64,000 nucleotides of DNA from Podospora anserina. Its lineage: Eukaryota. The DNA is taken from positions 620,001 to 684,000 of the forward strand of contig CM030333.1 of NCBI GenBank assembly GCA_017654855.1, written 5' to 3'. How positions within the stretch are numbered: the first letter of the stretch is position 1; every line of letters starts with the position of its first letter. Position numbers and translations under genes: made by a program. The notes under the pieces are model-generated. The model was not told the origin of the DNA, ran no database searches, and saw nothing but the letters and a program-made list of their open reading frames with translations. Positions 25,380-39,782 of this stretch are shown here, in pieces.

Positions 25380-26639
25380 TTACTGTGTACTTGTTTGTGC
25401 TGCTGCTGTCTTTGCAAAGAGCCCACCCCAAGACCCGCCCTGTCGTTCATTGACTGTGCTCTCTACAAATCTCCCCTCTGGCTGGCGCTTTCCTGCCTTG
25501 ATGCTTTCCATGACCCAGTCAACGCTGACGAATTTGACGCCTCGGCCTCGGATGGTCTTGATCTCTTTTTGTAGCTTTTGAGCAGCGAGTCCACCGCCGG
25601 CAAAGCTGGATTTCCCCAAGATGACATGTGTGACTTGTTTCTTTGCTAGGTGGAGAGCGACGCTCGCGCCGTTGGTGGCAAGGAGGTGCTTGAGCATGTG
25701 GTCTGAGATGGCTGGGTAAGTGGAGCCGTTGATGTAGATGACGAGGTTGTCGAAGATACCCTTTTCAGGGGAGGCTGGTGCGGATGGTGACTTGGTAGGG
25801 GAGTCTCGTGATTGGGGTTTGACGGTGGGTGGTGATAAGTTTGCGGGTGGGTGGTATATTGCTGTGGAGGATGACTTGCTGTTGCGAGTAGCCTTTGGCG
25901 AGGCAAAGAAGCGAGGCTTTCCGGTAGGTCTTGGGTCCTCTTCGACTACTTCCTCCTCGTCATCGAGCTCTGGAAGTGTAAAGAATCTCGACGTATGTGA
26001 GGTTTCCCGTTCTTCTTGCTCTAATCGAGCAATCGCAGCTCTTTCTTCTGGAGTTAATCCAACCTCTTCATTTTCGTGATCGTTCCCTTCTGTGGTGGGT
26101 ATTGGCCTTTGCTTCAAGAGTAGCAGTTGAGCTTCTTGCTCCTCTGCTTCCATCCTCGCAAAAATCTCTCTTTCTTCCGCTGTTAGCCCATCCTCACCCT
26201 CCTCATGTTGTTGTGGTGGTACTGATGCCGGTGGCTTTGCTGGTATTGGCGGCTTCTTCTCCCTCATTTCATGTTCCTCCTCCGCTTTCCGCTTTTTATT
26301 TGGATTCCTCAACATTTCCAGCACACTCTTCCTTTCCCCTGTCGCCAGTTCCCTCACCTCCTTTGGTATGTATAACCCCAGCTTCTCATCATACTCGTTC
26401 GACCCGCAGCCCACTGTGTCACTCATAAACTCATCACCTCCGCCGTTCCCCCCCTTGAACTGGTAGTTCATCTTTTTGAACCGTGACACCCTCCATCCTT
26501 GCGGACCGCGCGTTTCGGCACGCTGGTGGCCTGTCGATGATGAGTTCCAAGGGTCGAAGCGCTGGAGATTCGGTTCTGTTGGGCCTTTTGGTTTTGCCGG
26601 GGGTGCCAGTGGTATCTTTCGTGGTCGTCCTCGAGGCAT
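25380..26639 (-). CDS. BRCT-domain protein (single C-terminal Rev1-like BRCT) with N-terminal AT-hook
   Basis: Intronless 419-aa ORF. GIFDNLVIYING...VTHVIL...VKFVSVDWVMESIKAGKR matches BRCT hallmarks. N-terminus is MPRGRPRK, followed by FDPWNSSSTGHQRAE. Confidence 0.85.
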   Translation of the reverse strand: MPRGRPRKIPLAPPAKPKGPTEPNLQRFDPWNSSSTGHQRAETRGPQGWRVSRFKKMNYQFKGGNGGGDEFMSDTVGCGSNEYDEKLGLYIPKEVRELATGERKSVLEMLRNPNKKRKAEEEHEMREKKPPIPAKPPASVPPQQHEEGEDGLTAEEREIFARMEAEEQEAQLLLLKQRPIPTTEGNDHENEEVGLTPEERAAIARLEQEERETSHTSRFFTLPELDDEEEVVEEDPRPTGKPRFFASPKATRNSKSSSTAIYHPPANLSPPTVKPQSRDSPTKSPSAPASPEKGIFDNLVIYINGSTYPAISDHMLKHLLATNGASVALHLAKKQVTHVILGKSSFAGGGLAAQKLQKEIKTIRGRGVKFVSVDWVMESIKAGKRQPEGRFVESTVNERQGGSWGGLFAKTAAAQTSTQ

Positions 26640-29600
26640 AATTTATTGCTTTTTCCTGCCTTCCTTGTTTGGATTTGCCGGGGGTAGTGATTGGTCAACC
26701 TGGTTGAAGCAAACGGATGGGTGCTGATGATGTTAATTTTGATGCAAAGAAGCAGTTATTATTTGCCATGTGAGGTAGTGATAAAATAACGTGCGAAAAT
26801 AAGCAAGTAGGCAGAAATGAAGAAGCCAACAAAGACAACTCTGAAACACACAGAACACGCTCTCTGCGCGCAAGTCGCGTCGGTCGGCACCTAGCAACAC
26901 CAACTCGAGCTCCATTATCGCAGGTCTGCGGCACGAAATCACGTGATACCCCTCCACAAATCTGCTCTTAGCATTCATTCTCAGCCTCTCCAATGTCATC
27001 CATCGGGGAGTTTGCGCCTTTTTCCACTGACCACCCATCGATGTCTAGACTGGCGTGATGATAACAGTGTAACATCCCCTATTCCCCGAGCGAAGCTCCC
27101 CTAAATAGCCTAGCAATTAACCTACCTGTCACACCCAACAGAGTCACATCAGGCATACTCGCCTCTGTCTTTCACAGTGAAAACACTCCACACTTCGGTT
27201 TCGGTCTCTTTGCTCATCGCCATCAGAGAGCCATTCTTTCACCTTTCAGGAACTGGTTCCTAAAGGGCAGTGCGCTCTACCCATCTATCTGGAACATCTC
27301 CATGGTAGCGATCTGTCACCCCCCTTTTTACCCTCAAGCGATCCGAGCTGAAGTCCTTCTTCTCTCCTCTCCACGAAATCTAATTCCATCATTCGGTTTA
27401 GCTAAACTCCCTAGCGAATTTCTGCAAGGGAGATCTTATCACCCTCCTCTGCTGCATAAGACATGTTTCCCGTGCGCCATGTTCTTCAAAGTTCTAGGTT
27501 ACCTTGACTCAAAACTCAGGTAGCGAAGTGTGATATGTGATATCCCCCTTATTTACCCCCTATTATACCCAGGATTATATCCCGTCCCAGCAGCCCGTCC
27601 CCCCACGAGGACGCGGGGTTCTGTTTCTCCCTTGAATGCATTTTGGTTCAAGTTTCCAAAACGGCAGGGTTTGTTGTTTAGTCTGGTTCATTATTCTTGA
27701 ACACTAAATACACCTGTCATATATGTGATGTTAAACACACCCATGGCATGAATGATCTCCATATTATCCCATTGTTAATAGCACACATTTGTACGGGTGT
27801 GGGGAATGGATCGTTCCGATGCGCATTGCATATCTGCAGTGGCGGTTGTGCATATTTCATGCCGTCTTGCTTCCTTCCCTCGTCCCTGTCCGTATCGCTG
27901 GGAGCCGCCCAAGAGCAAACACCAGAGCACAGTAAGAAATACTGCCAGAAAGACCCCCTTTTTGGTTTCGTTTTTCTGCAGCATGGGCCCCTTATTGATC
28001 TCTTCACCGTTGATGTTGCTTCCTCCGCCGTTGAAACCATGCACGATGGTCATTGCGGCAGTAATGGTGATGGTGACATTTAACAGTCACAGTCCATCTG
28101 TCTATGCCATGCTACTGTCCCCATGCAAACGTGAGTACGGTAGATGAACTGTAGGTATGCTCGAAGCATCCCGTCATGTAATGTAATCCTCCTGCCTCTG
28201 CCTTTGGCCTCCCTACCGTACCTACATGTAGGCACCCACAAACTGCGCCGAGGAAACAGTAAGCAATATCAACAACAGCCGGACATCATGCACCTTCCGG
28301 TACTCGATATTTTCTTACGCGCACAACCTCACCACCACATTACATTACCTTCACCTATCCAAATTCTACCTTGCCCTCACAGCAGTTCATGCACAACGGA
28401 TGCTGCAAACTGTGACCACCGCTCTGCAAGTACATACCTCCTACTCCATGTATGTAACGGCGACGGACAGGAACGGACGGATGGACCCGAAGTATTCTGC
28501 AACTCCAGCTCCAGCTTGATGCAATGCCACTGTCCTGAACCTCCCTACCTAAACTTCGTCTCCCATAACCCCAAGAAATCCAAGTATCATCATCATGTTT
28601 GACGCTTAAGCCCATGTTTGGCGGCATATAATCAGTTTTGAAGGAATGTGATATAAGCCCCCCCATCACACAATGCATTTCTCATATCCTACCTTACCCT
28701 TCCTATATTCCCACCATCAATGGAAACCAAGCCACTCACTCCCATCGATCAATCCTGCACGCCATCCCCCCCAGATCCAGCCAGATCTTGTGTCATACCC
28801 ACCTACCAGCATCATATTTCATGCGCTTGTCGTTGATCCCTCCCCAGCCGGCCGTTCACACAGACCCATTCATATGTCTCCAGGTCACGGGCCAGCAACA
28901 AACAATATTTGTTTTTTGTATCAAGATCTACAATTGTGATCTGGAGATCTTTAGTGCCCCATTATTGTGTGCCCTGAAAACATGGTCATGGTGGTTGCTT
29001 GAACATCGGTGTTTCCACTCCCGAAATCCCCCACATTCTGGCCATCATCGGCGGCTACTCTTCTCACAAACCATGCTCTGTTGCTCATGAGGACTCAGCA
29101 GCCAGCTAGGTTGGACCTCGTTGGCTCCCTCCCCCCCGGGTGCTCAACTGCTATCAGTCCGTGCCGCTGCCCATCAGCCAACCCACCACCACCTCCATGC
29201 CATCTCAACCCTCAGCGCCGCCGCTCTAACCGTCACACAAGTTCTTTAATTCTTTCCAACAGAAGAACCAGATTACATTCAAACCCCCCATTTTGCTGCT
29301 TCAAACAAACTCAGCCCCCAACCAAAAAAAACCAACCAGGGAGGTGAATAAATGTCTGTGATCTAAACCCAGCAACCCACCCACCAAAGTGTCCTTTGTG
29401 TAACCGCTCCTTAATATCAACTTTCCCCAACAGGGGGCATAGAACAAAAAAAAAACAAAAAAGGGCAAAAGCGGTGTGTGCGTGCTGCTCCTGATGAATA
29501 ATGAAACCCATAATATTGTCTTTTTGAGAAAAACATAACTACCTAATCACCAACAAACCATGAAACAAATATTATTCCCCACCCCCCCAAAAAAAGCCAG

Positions 29601-32600
29601 CAGTATTCTCAAACCGCAAAAAAGAGGCTCAGCAATTGCTGTCCCTTCTCAATATCACTGTTACGGATACCCTTACCTACCTACCTGCCTTACCTGCCCA
29701 AAAAATATGCGTATCATACTGACTTGCATCCATCATTATACCTACCGTGCTTGCGCCGATGCCGGGTGGGTGCATACAGACCAGACACTCATGCACCACA
29801 CACCATGCTCAGTCAGCCTGTCAGTTGTGGTGTCTCTCTCTCTCTCTCTCTCGCTCGCCGATCTCCTCTTTGTTCTGTCCTGCTAAGTCAGTCAGTCAAC
29901 CAGTCAGTCAGTAGTCAGCCATTCACTTCCCCCCTCCCTTCTCCCTCCCCATCAAATCGGCCATTTTCTCACCATCCCCCATTGATACCAATTCACAACC
30001 CCCCCCCCGCCCGCGTCCATTTATTACCCAAATGCAAGACCCCCCTTTCCCATCCATCCATCCATTCTTAGGTAGCAATTCTTCGCGCGATCGCGGAGAC
30101 AAAAGATCTCGTACATACATACATACATACATAACGCAGCAGTACACATACTCACTCTACATTTGCTTGCTTGCTGCATGTCGGGAATGCGAGCGAGACC
30201 CCCCCCCAAACACACAGATCCAGAGCAAAGCAAAAAGGCACAACGAGGGGAAAAAAAGCCACCCCCTCCCCCCGTCCAGGGTTCCCTTCATGCAAATTGT
30301 GGTCCAGCCAGCCAGCCAGCCAGCAAAGAGAAGAGCACAATACCGCACCTTGATCCGATGGGGCAGAATCGGGGCTGCCTCTGCTGCTTCATCAGAGCAG
30401 TGGGTGGTTTGGTTGGTTGGCTGGGTTGGGTCGCAACTCATAGTACTCAGTGTCCGTCCTGACCGATGAATTGCAATTAAGAAAAGACAAACCCGGCTCC
30501 GAGTCAAACTTTCCCACCTAGTTACAGACTCATGTCTCTTATTTTTCGCTTTCAGAATCATGGTCCGCTGCCGCATCTTGTCTTGTCTCGGCGAGAGGCA
30601 AAAGCCAACCCGATCCCATGGCCCTATCTCTGTATATGCTTGCCCCCATGTCGTAGCAGTGGTGGTGCGAGGGGGGAAGGGGGGAGGGGGTGAGCTGTAA
30701 TATGCAACAAAGCCAGGCTAATGTGGGACAGCGCATCGGGAGAGAGACAGATCTTCCATACAGCATACAGAGAAAAAAAAAAGCCTTGAGGCTAACTTCC
30801 TGCAGTGTTCCCGTCGTCACCCATGCTGACATGGTGCAGCCGGCAGCAGCGAACAACACCCTCTCAAGCTAGGCCACGACGACGAAAGAGAGGGGCGATA
30901 GAGCCGCCCGCGAGAAAAAAATCACTAGACGGATAGATCCTAGCGGTAGAGCTCCGCTCGTGAACGGTTTGGTTTGGGTGGCCTACCACCGGTCAGTGAG
31001 TACTGATTGTCTGGGAGCCAATATGGCAGCGGGGATTTTGACAACACTTTACTACCCTCTGAAAGCCTCGAAAAAGATCTGATCTCGCTCGGTTATGGGC
31101 TGTCGGTAGAAGAAGGACCGACCAGGGCAGGCACCGGAGGCATCAGCAAAGAAGAGGCGGGAGCGGGGAAGCATGGAGAATGCCGAGGACAACAAGAGGT
31201 GCAGTGACGGCACAACCGAGTTCAGTTGCGAATCGCTTCCATTGTCTGAAATGCTTTTGAGCTGTCAGCCATGAAGCCTTGGGAGAGTCGGTCCAAAGAC
31301 GGCTGGGCGTCCTTCGTTCAGAAGAGTCGATGTACCACCGAAGAAGACAATGACTGTGGAGCAATGAGGAGAGTTGAAGACGGGCTTTCTGGCGTTCTCT
31401 CATTGGCTTCCTGGCGCCAACGACTTGGCCATGTCTCTTTTCATCCTGGCCTGGGGGGTTGCCGATGTGTTTATCGAGCGCGACTTTTCGCGAACCGGGG
31501 AAGACGACGTCAAAAGAGGGGTTGGTGTAGTGAGGGCGAAGTAGCGGTGTGAGCCGGTTGGAGGGACACAGTGTGAGACAGCAGGTCGGGGGATGTACCC
31601 GTTGACAGAAGAGAGCAACAACATCGAGAATGTCTTCCTGTTCTCCTGGAAGCTGTGCAGTGCTTCCAGAACATGTCACCACCACAACCGCCCTCCTAAC
31701 CGTGCATATGTTTGCAACAACTCCATGTGGACCTGGCGGACAAGCACTGCACTTGGTGCAGATCCAGAGACGGGTATATGGGCCAGCAAGATGGTCCAAA
31801 TTTGGGATACAGATATCGGACCCGTCACAAGCGGCGTGTCAAGACGGCTAAAAACCAGCTTGGAAGAGGAAACCCTCCTATCGAGCCCTGCCGAACCAGA
31901 CTTGCCATTGGGTAGCAGCCCAGCATCCGGGGCGAGAGCCTCGACTTGTTGAGTCGTTGAGACGATGCTATGATGGAGAATGATCATGGTTTGGTGGTCA
32001 GCAACAGGAGATGTCGAGTTTGTTTGGTGGGTTCGGGAATGAGAATTCAATCGCACTGTGAAGGTCCGGACGTTCTCTGCTTCTCTTCGTCCCCTCACAC
32101 CACATCAAGACCACCCTCTCGCATGTGCCACACACACGGCACGCACGCAGACTGTCCACCGCTTCCATCCTGGCAGCCATGTAAGGCGGAAAACGGTCCG
32201 CACATGCAGCTTGTTTTCTGGCGAATAGGAGCAGCAAAGCGAGGCAAGAACAGAGTTCAACTGCCCTATGATTTGCATGATCCGATGTCCCGCCCGAACA
32301 ATCCCAGTCAGGAAGAATGTCTTGGTCGAGACTCGAGAAATGAAGAGGGAGTTGCTTCAAATGTGAATATGAGAGACGACAAGGTCTTGGACGAATGTGG
32401 AAAGCCAATTGGAGGTTTGACGGCAAGCTGACCTTGAGCCCAACTCCCTCCCACAAACAAACCAAGCCCCCGGACTGGACAGGAGCTGCTGGGATGCCTC
32501 TCCAAAGTATCTCGTTGTGGGTGTGGGCTTGAAGACGTGGTTCGCGTTGATTGGACTGATGGGCTGGCCAGCCAGTACCACATCCCACCAAAGGTTGGCG

Positions 32601-34731
32601 CGGGAAGATAAAGCCCAAACCCGAACGAACATGCTGGGAAAGAGGAGGGTTCGTCTATCAGGTATCAACCTTCACTATCGCGACGCCCTCATCATTATTG
32701 CCAGCTTCCCAGTCGAGTCGTTATTGCGCAATCAGGAGTTTGGTGCTTCGGTCCCGGGTGGACTTGTGAGGAATCGGTTGGCTTGTCGGTCATGGGAATA
32801 AGCAATCGCTGTCATGAGCTTGCTTGCACTGCCGTCATCATACCTATATCATGATGTATTCACAATGCTTTGTGGGTTGCGGGAACGCTAGCGGATACGT
32901 AACAAGAAGCCTGTCCGTGAAGCTTCAGATCTCTGTCGATGGCTGGCCGGGTGCCCGGACGTGCTGAGGTCCGGCTTTGCAGGGGAAGCTTCGGGACGGT
33001 CCACACTCGGAGGCATCGGTGCAGGGCTAGCAAGAAGGGGCTGGTTCTTTTGCGTCGTCAAGGGTTGAGACTGATGATGAGGGTTGGAAGCGATCCCCTG
33101 CAAGAAGAGGAAACTGAAACATGACCACACGCCCCCCCTATTCGATTCGAGCAGACCGCAGCAGCATGATTGGAGGATCCATCCTCCATCGACGCACAAG
33201 CACCTAACCGCTGTGCATTTGTCCGCATGCAAGTGTTGTCGAGCCCTTGGAAGTTTTCCTATCCAAGATCCCTGTGCGCCGAGGCTCTGGATTCTCGCTG
33301 ACCTTCTTGGGTTGGACGTTGTGCGTAGCCTGGCGATGCAGGGACCTCATCTGCCTTTGGCGAAGAAAACAGAAACCCATGGCCATCACTCCCGCTCCCC
33401 CCCAAAAGGACGTGATCAGAGCGCCGCTGTGGTTTCAGGCCTAATTTGGGAGAGACAAAAGAAACACCCAAGACATCTGGTGGCTTTGACCGTTTTGCTC
33501 AAGGGAAACAAGCCCCCAGAGGACGGGACTCATACCGGTAGAAGGCCCTTTGGCAGAGTGATATCAAACAAGAATGGCTTTTGCGGCACGGCTAGGATAA
33601 CGCTTAGTACTTCGGACGAATACCTCCTCCATATCAGTAACTTTCCACGCCGTGAACACTACACCGTTACTTCTTGGTGGACCTTCGGATGGTTGGGGGT
33701 TTCTCTGGATGGAATGCACAGGATGTTGCATAACATGAGAACCAGGGAATGTATGAGGCTGAATGTGCTGCATCTGGCACCCGCCAGCACACGAGCATCG
33801 CAGTTGCATCTCCGAAGTGAGAGTATTGTGACCGGTCAGCTGGCTTTGGGAGTTGGCGGTCGACAGGTTTGCTGCCGGCTTACGCCACTGCCATCTCGAC
33901 AAGAATGTTTGCTGCTGCGCCGGTCGCAACACAGGCAGGCACTCGACAGGACCGGCAGTTGACGAGAACACAGCATGAAAAATGCGGTTGTTCTGCTTTC
34001 TCCCCAGGGCCTGCCGCCGGGTCATGCACCGCACCGCATGAAGTTTCCAGAAATCCGGCCAGGCGGTATCGGCAAGTGACCTGTCATCGCGACATGCTCC
34101 CGCCAACCGTTGACGGCTTGGAAGAGGTTTGACAAGATGGCGAATATCGAGCAAGAAAATGCCATGATAATGGCCTCTTTTTTTAGCATCAAGTTCAACA
34201 GACAAGAAACAGAACTCCACTTCCAGTCACCCGTCCAGGGTGACTTGATGGTCTCGGGTGGAACATGAGCGGGAGCGAGATGGACGGGGTTTTTTTGGTG
34301 AGGGTGCGGTCCGCTCGGGATGTCGTCCCAGTGGGCGCCGGTTCTACCCACACGGGGCTCATCGGGACCTCTCAGCGTCAAGTGACCTCGGTTACAGCCA
34401 GTCCTCGAGAGCCACGATTACAGACGAAGATGCTGAGTTGTGACAGAACATAGCGAGGCATGCCACGTACGCACACCAACAAGTGTGCTTTTCTTCTCCT
34501 TACAGGTATCGGAGTCGACGGCGATGTCTTGTGATGGAGGTCGGCATGAAGAAAAATCTCCTCTGTTGCCAAGTCCACATCGCCGAGCCGGCCAGTTCGA
34601 TCTTTCTGGACCGTGATCGAAAAGAGTAGTTGGCTCGCCGTTGCAATCCGCAAAAAAAGAGCGCCCAGCCACTTCCGGGGGGTGTCAATCTGGGGGAGAC
34701 TACCAAGCGAGATGCTGTTCTGGCGATAATC

Positions 34732-34761
<30 letters not shown>
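34732..34761 (+). repeat. (ATG)10 trinucleotide microsatellite
   Basis: atgatgatg... run within the gene desert upstream of stuA. Confidence 0.9.
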
Positions 34762-34763
<2 letters not shown>

Positions 34764-37700
34764 GATGACCAAATTCGATATTCCTAGGCCCATGGCATCA
34801 GCAACTCGGGGCCGAGGTCCTTGACGTCGAAACATGTCATGACAGGAGCGGTCGTGCATTGCAGGGCAGGGCTTTTGCGGTGATCTTGCATTGGTGGCCA
34901 TCAACCCGGCAGCACATCGATGGACGTGCATCTGAATCTCCATCTCTGAAGATGGTCCATCGCTCACCACAGGCACAGGCAAATTCCCTCGCTTCTCCAC
35001 TGCAACGACTGGATGCTCCCACACAAGCTTCTGCACCGACAAGAAGCATGGGGAGGGGCGTGCTGTTGAACGGACAGTGTCGACATCATGCGGTGCGCAC
35101 CGTATACCTCATTACCCCGCTCTTCGGCGAAGAATCACTTCACCCAGCATTCTGTCTCCATCTCGTGTCTCTCTCTGCACGTGGTTTTGTTTCCGCGGTT
35201 GTTGTGTCCAGAGTTGGGTGTGATCATTGTGCGATTGAAGATTTGTTCAAGTGTATGTCGGTCCAGTGGTAATGATAGAAACAAGGGTTTGATGTTGAGG
35301 TCGTTAGAGTGAGCTCGAGGTTGGAACAGATGGTGAGTGGCTCAAGCTTGCAGATGGCCCGTGCTGTGCTGTAAGAAAGTGCGGCACTCGCCGAGCCCGA
35401 GATCATCGCAGCCACTTCGTCAACCTCCAACCACCAACCAAGCAGCAGTCTCCAATCCTCTTTCCGCCGCCATTGTTTTCGTATTCTTTTTTTTTCTTTC
35501 TCCCCCCCCCCCCTCTTTTCTTGTTTCTCCCGCGAAGTGCCGTCTCAAGGCTGAAATTGTCTCTCTCTGAGCCTTATGAGCCTTATGCATCGCCGTTATG
35601 TCAAGTGCTTCCTGTCGATCTGTTAGTTTCGAACGTTTGGATATGCAGTATTCGAGCCGGGCAGGCACTGCATGGATCCGTCAGGCCAGTCTTCTATTAC
35701 CATCCCCACGTGTTGGGGGGACGCACGACAGCCCAGCGGTGGCCTGGTCAGCGGGTTGCGCGCAGTTGATCTTGTTGACATCACAGCGTGGTCACAATGA
35801 AGCGTTTCTTTGCTGTTCCTGAAGCCAGTGCCTCAGATCAGATGCAGCAAGCTACACGGCGTGCTCGTGGTTCGGAAAAAGCTTATGGGATCTGGGAATG
35901 CCTGAGATCCAATGCATGCTCCAAGGCCAGGCCCTCCACGCCAGAAGGTGCAGAAAACGCAACGCCGGTGTTCGGGTTCATGTGCGTAACACGACGCTTG
36001 TTGCCCACCGCACCGCACTTTGCAGCAAATCGTGCATTGCAGCTAAATGGTCAATCGGAGTTTTTCTCGACTGATGCGGATATCGACTGATGAACCATAC
36101 AGGCCGAAAAGACGTCTCGGGATCGGGCGGACTCTGAGTTCCCTCATCTCATCAATTGATTTTTGACCGGTTCTTGATTGCTCGTGGTCGCCGAAGGTGG
36201 TCTCGTCGACCTTGCTTGCAACCTCGCCATTCTTGATATAGCGGTACGGTGGTCTGGTGTGGTTACCTTATCTCTGACACTTTTGCAGAAGATCGGCAAT
36301 CAAGAACCGGTCAAACGATATGTCAAGCCAAACGCAGCGAAAAGACGGGAGGGCCTCTCACTTACACACTACCCACCACGCCGTACATGTGCATTGCATA
36401 CGGTATGTATGTAGATGCACCTACCACCCTGAGTGAGCGGCGCGTTGCATGCATTGGTTGCCGCTTCGACTAACGCACCAGCATCTTTTGATCTGTTTTT
36501 TTTCTTCTCTTTTCTTAACCCACCAAATCCCCGTATGGATGGATGGGTATACTATGCGAAGCACGAAGGGCCTGAGCCCACGGGTCCCTCCCTGACAGCA
36601 AAGACACCACAAGAACAACTCCCACTGTGTCTTCCACCCAAGTCATCAGATCATGAGCCAAGAATATCAGCCAGCAATTTGCCATTCGCCTATCGTTGGT
36701 TTTGAAGTCCACGAAGACGACGAAAGAGCATCCCTTTCTGGACTAGCCTCTCACCGGCCAATCAGCCAGGACATGGCTGGTACCTACCCTGCATGAGAGG
36801 GGCTTGGTGGCGGGGAGGGAGGGGGTGGCTGCAGCGAAACACCTGCTTTGCTTTTTGCACAGTGCGGGGGTTCAGCATTTTCAACTGCTTCCAAATGAAG
36901 AACGCCTCCCCAGCAGTTCCGATACAATAAAAGATGTGATATGACCCGGTAGTCGCGATATCGGGATGTCATATCTCTAATCTGGGCCGAGGGATGCAAA
37001 AGGAGAAGGGGAGGCAGAACATATCGGACTTTTGGGCGGCGGTACCGAGCCGGCCCCTCCGTACCCGCGGGGCGTCTTCTGTCACAGCTGAATCGGCTTG
37101 GTTCCCGGCCCTGCGCTTTTCTGGGTAACTGCAGCAGTGTCGAAAAATAACATCATTGGTGTTTGCTCTGCCAGTCTTCCATGCTTGGCTATGGAAGCGT
37201 GATGGAACAAGTTGATGGTGGGAGATAGCGTGGTGATCGGCCCAAGAGGAGACGGGGCGGGTTCGACGGGTTCCCCCGTGTCTCTCGCTGCTCTCTTGCG
37301 AGACCCGAAGACAAGGCTGGGGAGGGGGCCTCGGGGAACCACTGCACACCACCGCACACCACCGCACACCACCGCTTTCTTGAACTGGCGCGCGGATATC
37401 ACCAGATGACAAGTCGGAGCAGTCTCATCGGCTGATTCGTGAAGAAAGCGCCCATCACAGAAACGTGGCTCACTGACGAGTATTGGCCGGCGGCTGTTTT
37501 CGAGAGCCTCTCTACCCACACACACCAGCAGGTCCTTCCCGCCGTATTCTCCGAGTGTCCGTTGAGCCTAATGTTTAGCTCTTCTCACTTGCCACTCAAA
37601 CGGTCTATGAAATGGTGATTATTTTCGTGGCTTGTCTGATGAATGATCCGTTTTGGGATGCCATTTTACCTACCCTCGATGATTTGCGCTACGCCACAGC

Positions 37701-39502
37701 CAGGACGCCTTCTGATTAGCCAGTGCCAGAGGTCTTGATGGACTTTCCGGGGGGGCAAAGTAACACGGTATATAGAACACATTCCAACCACCCGTATCCA
37801 ACTCACACATTTAATCTATTCGTACACGTCCGGAGGCCGAGCGGCAGCATGTCAGCATCACCACCCGCTCATAAGTTCGCAGCTGACTGTTTCCATGGAC
37901 AAATGGATTCGGACTGAACAACATGATGTGGGGCCAGGCATGGCTGGTACTAGAAGAAGCTGCCCATAGCCACATGGCTCAACATTCTTGCATCTACACT
38001 ACAGGAGTCTGCCAGCGTATAATAGAGACAAGTCTATTGGCTAAGAAATCTCTTTACACTACAGCTCCCGCTCTGAGAAAGAACCCGGGAGGAAATGCGT
38101 TATTCCCCGGCCAATTCTTGCAGAAAAGGTGCCGGCGCTTAGAGGACGGCAAAGCTTCCATGTTGGGAACCGTTCTTATCAGCTTATCTGATAGGTATCT
38201 ATATACCCACCAGTTCGGGCACCAGAGCCTTAGTCCAAGCAATCTGCTTGTAAGTCCGGTGGCATGCTCACAACGTTCGACTAGTAGATATCACTCTACC
38301 TACCTGCTTGTCCGAACAGGAGAGGCAATGGCTTGAGGTGATAGCGTGGGCTGTGAGCATCATCCCCCCAGGCTGCTGCTCATCATCAGTTGTTCGTTTT
38401 GTTGCGCACCCCACTCTCTCTTGGACGGGAGGAGAGTGTTTTCTCACCCCCGCCCCCTCTTCTCTGTTTTTTTCTCCCCACTGGTAGCTCGTAGCCAGTG
38501 CGACGTTGAAGTCTCGACTGGACGGACTGCCCACACGCCTCCCTGGGTGAGGGCTGCTGTTCCACCGCGGGCCACTAAACACGGCCGCTTACGCACACGC
38601 CCCATGATCCCGGTCGCGGCCCACATCCCAACCTCCCGTCTCCAGTCAGATTCGCTCAGAAGTTGTTTTCCCTGGTCGAGCCAGGCCCGGACAACAAACC
38701 ACACCCTAACCTCCTCTAGCTTAGCCCCATCCCCATCCCCATTTGCCTTCCCCATTGCCTTCCCCTCTCTCCCTCATCACTCTCGTCTCTCGTGTCTTCA
38801 GCAGTTGGTGGAAATCAATATCAATGGAGAGTAGTGAGTGATGGAGGATAGAGAAGTAGAAAGACATTTAGCTGAAGGATGGCGTAGTAAACAACAGAGT
38901 TCTCGTAACGGGTAGCCTGGAAAGAAAACGAGAAGCTAACACCGTTGGCCCCTGCTCGCTTGTGTGCTCGGCGGAGGACACTTGCTGCTACCCTGGTTTG
39001 CTGCCCTTGCTCCTTGCACACTTGCTGGGGCCCTTTCGCGAAGGCCCCTGCCAGCACCACCCGGCACCACCACCCAGCATTTGGTTTTTGGTGCTCTGCT
39101 CCAGGCCTTGCTCGCCTTTTCGCCCTTTTTTTCTGCCAATCTAAGACCTTTCCGGTACTGTCTTTGGGCCATACCCCTCTTGAGTGGTCGGCTGGCGAGC
39201 GAGCGGACCAGGGCAACACCGGTACGTACAGCTCAGAGAGAGCGGAACGGGACACCGGGCCAGGCTGGACGAGAGAGAGAAGAGAGCTCAGTTGTTTTCT
39301 CTGCTGGGGGGGGGGGGGAGACACCCCGGCAAGCCCACAGAGAGCTGATCGTCCTCTCACCACCACCACCTAAATCAGGCCGCATCCCTTCCTCCTCCTT
39401 CTCTTCCCTCCTCCTCACCACCGCTCCACCGACCTCCCCCAATTTTTTTTTCTCTCTTTTGGCTTTTGAAAGAGGCAGGAACGTCTGAGAGGCGAGGAAC
39501 AG

Positions 39503-39782
39503 GTACGATCCGATCCGCACACGCACAGTTTTTCTCTTATCCACGCCCACGCCCATGCCCATGCCCACGGCCCCGTCCCCCGCCCCAATTTGTCTCGCTT
39601 TTTTTTTTTTTTTTTTTTTTTACTGCTTGCTTGCTGGCCGTCCTGAAAAATTCTCCATCTCTTTTTCTTTGCTCTGCCTCTTTGCTTTGCTCTCTCATCT
39701 GCGTCTTGCTGCCTTGGTCATCCCAACTTTTTTTTGGTTGTGCGCCTGCCGATTTTGGAGCTAACCGAACCTGCATGAGCAG
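39503..39782 (+). other. Putative 5'-UTR intron of stuA
   Basis: AG|GTACGA donor at 39503, pyrimidine/T-rich body, GCTAAC branch at 39760-39765 and CAG at 39780-39782. A second branch/acceptor (CTAAC..TCTCAG) lies at 40381-40396. Confidence 0.45.

Noticed and set aside
33084-33962. 292-aa ORF and other 100-230-aa ORFs in the stuA upstream desert
   Set aside because: Mostly non-ATG starts, no codon bias like the real genes, no motifs, and no supporting splice structure.
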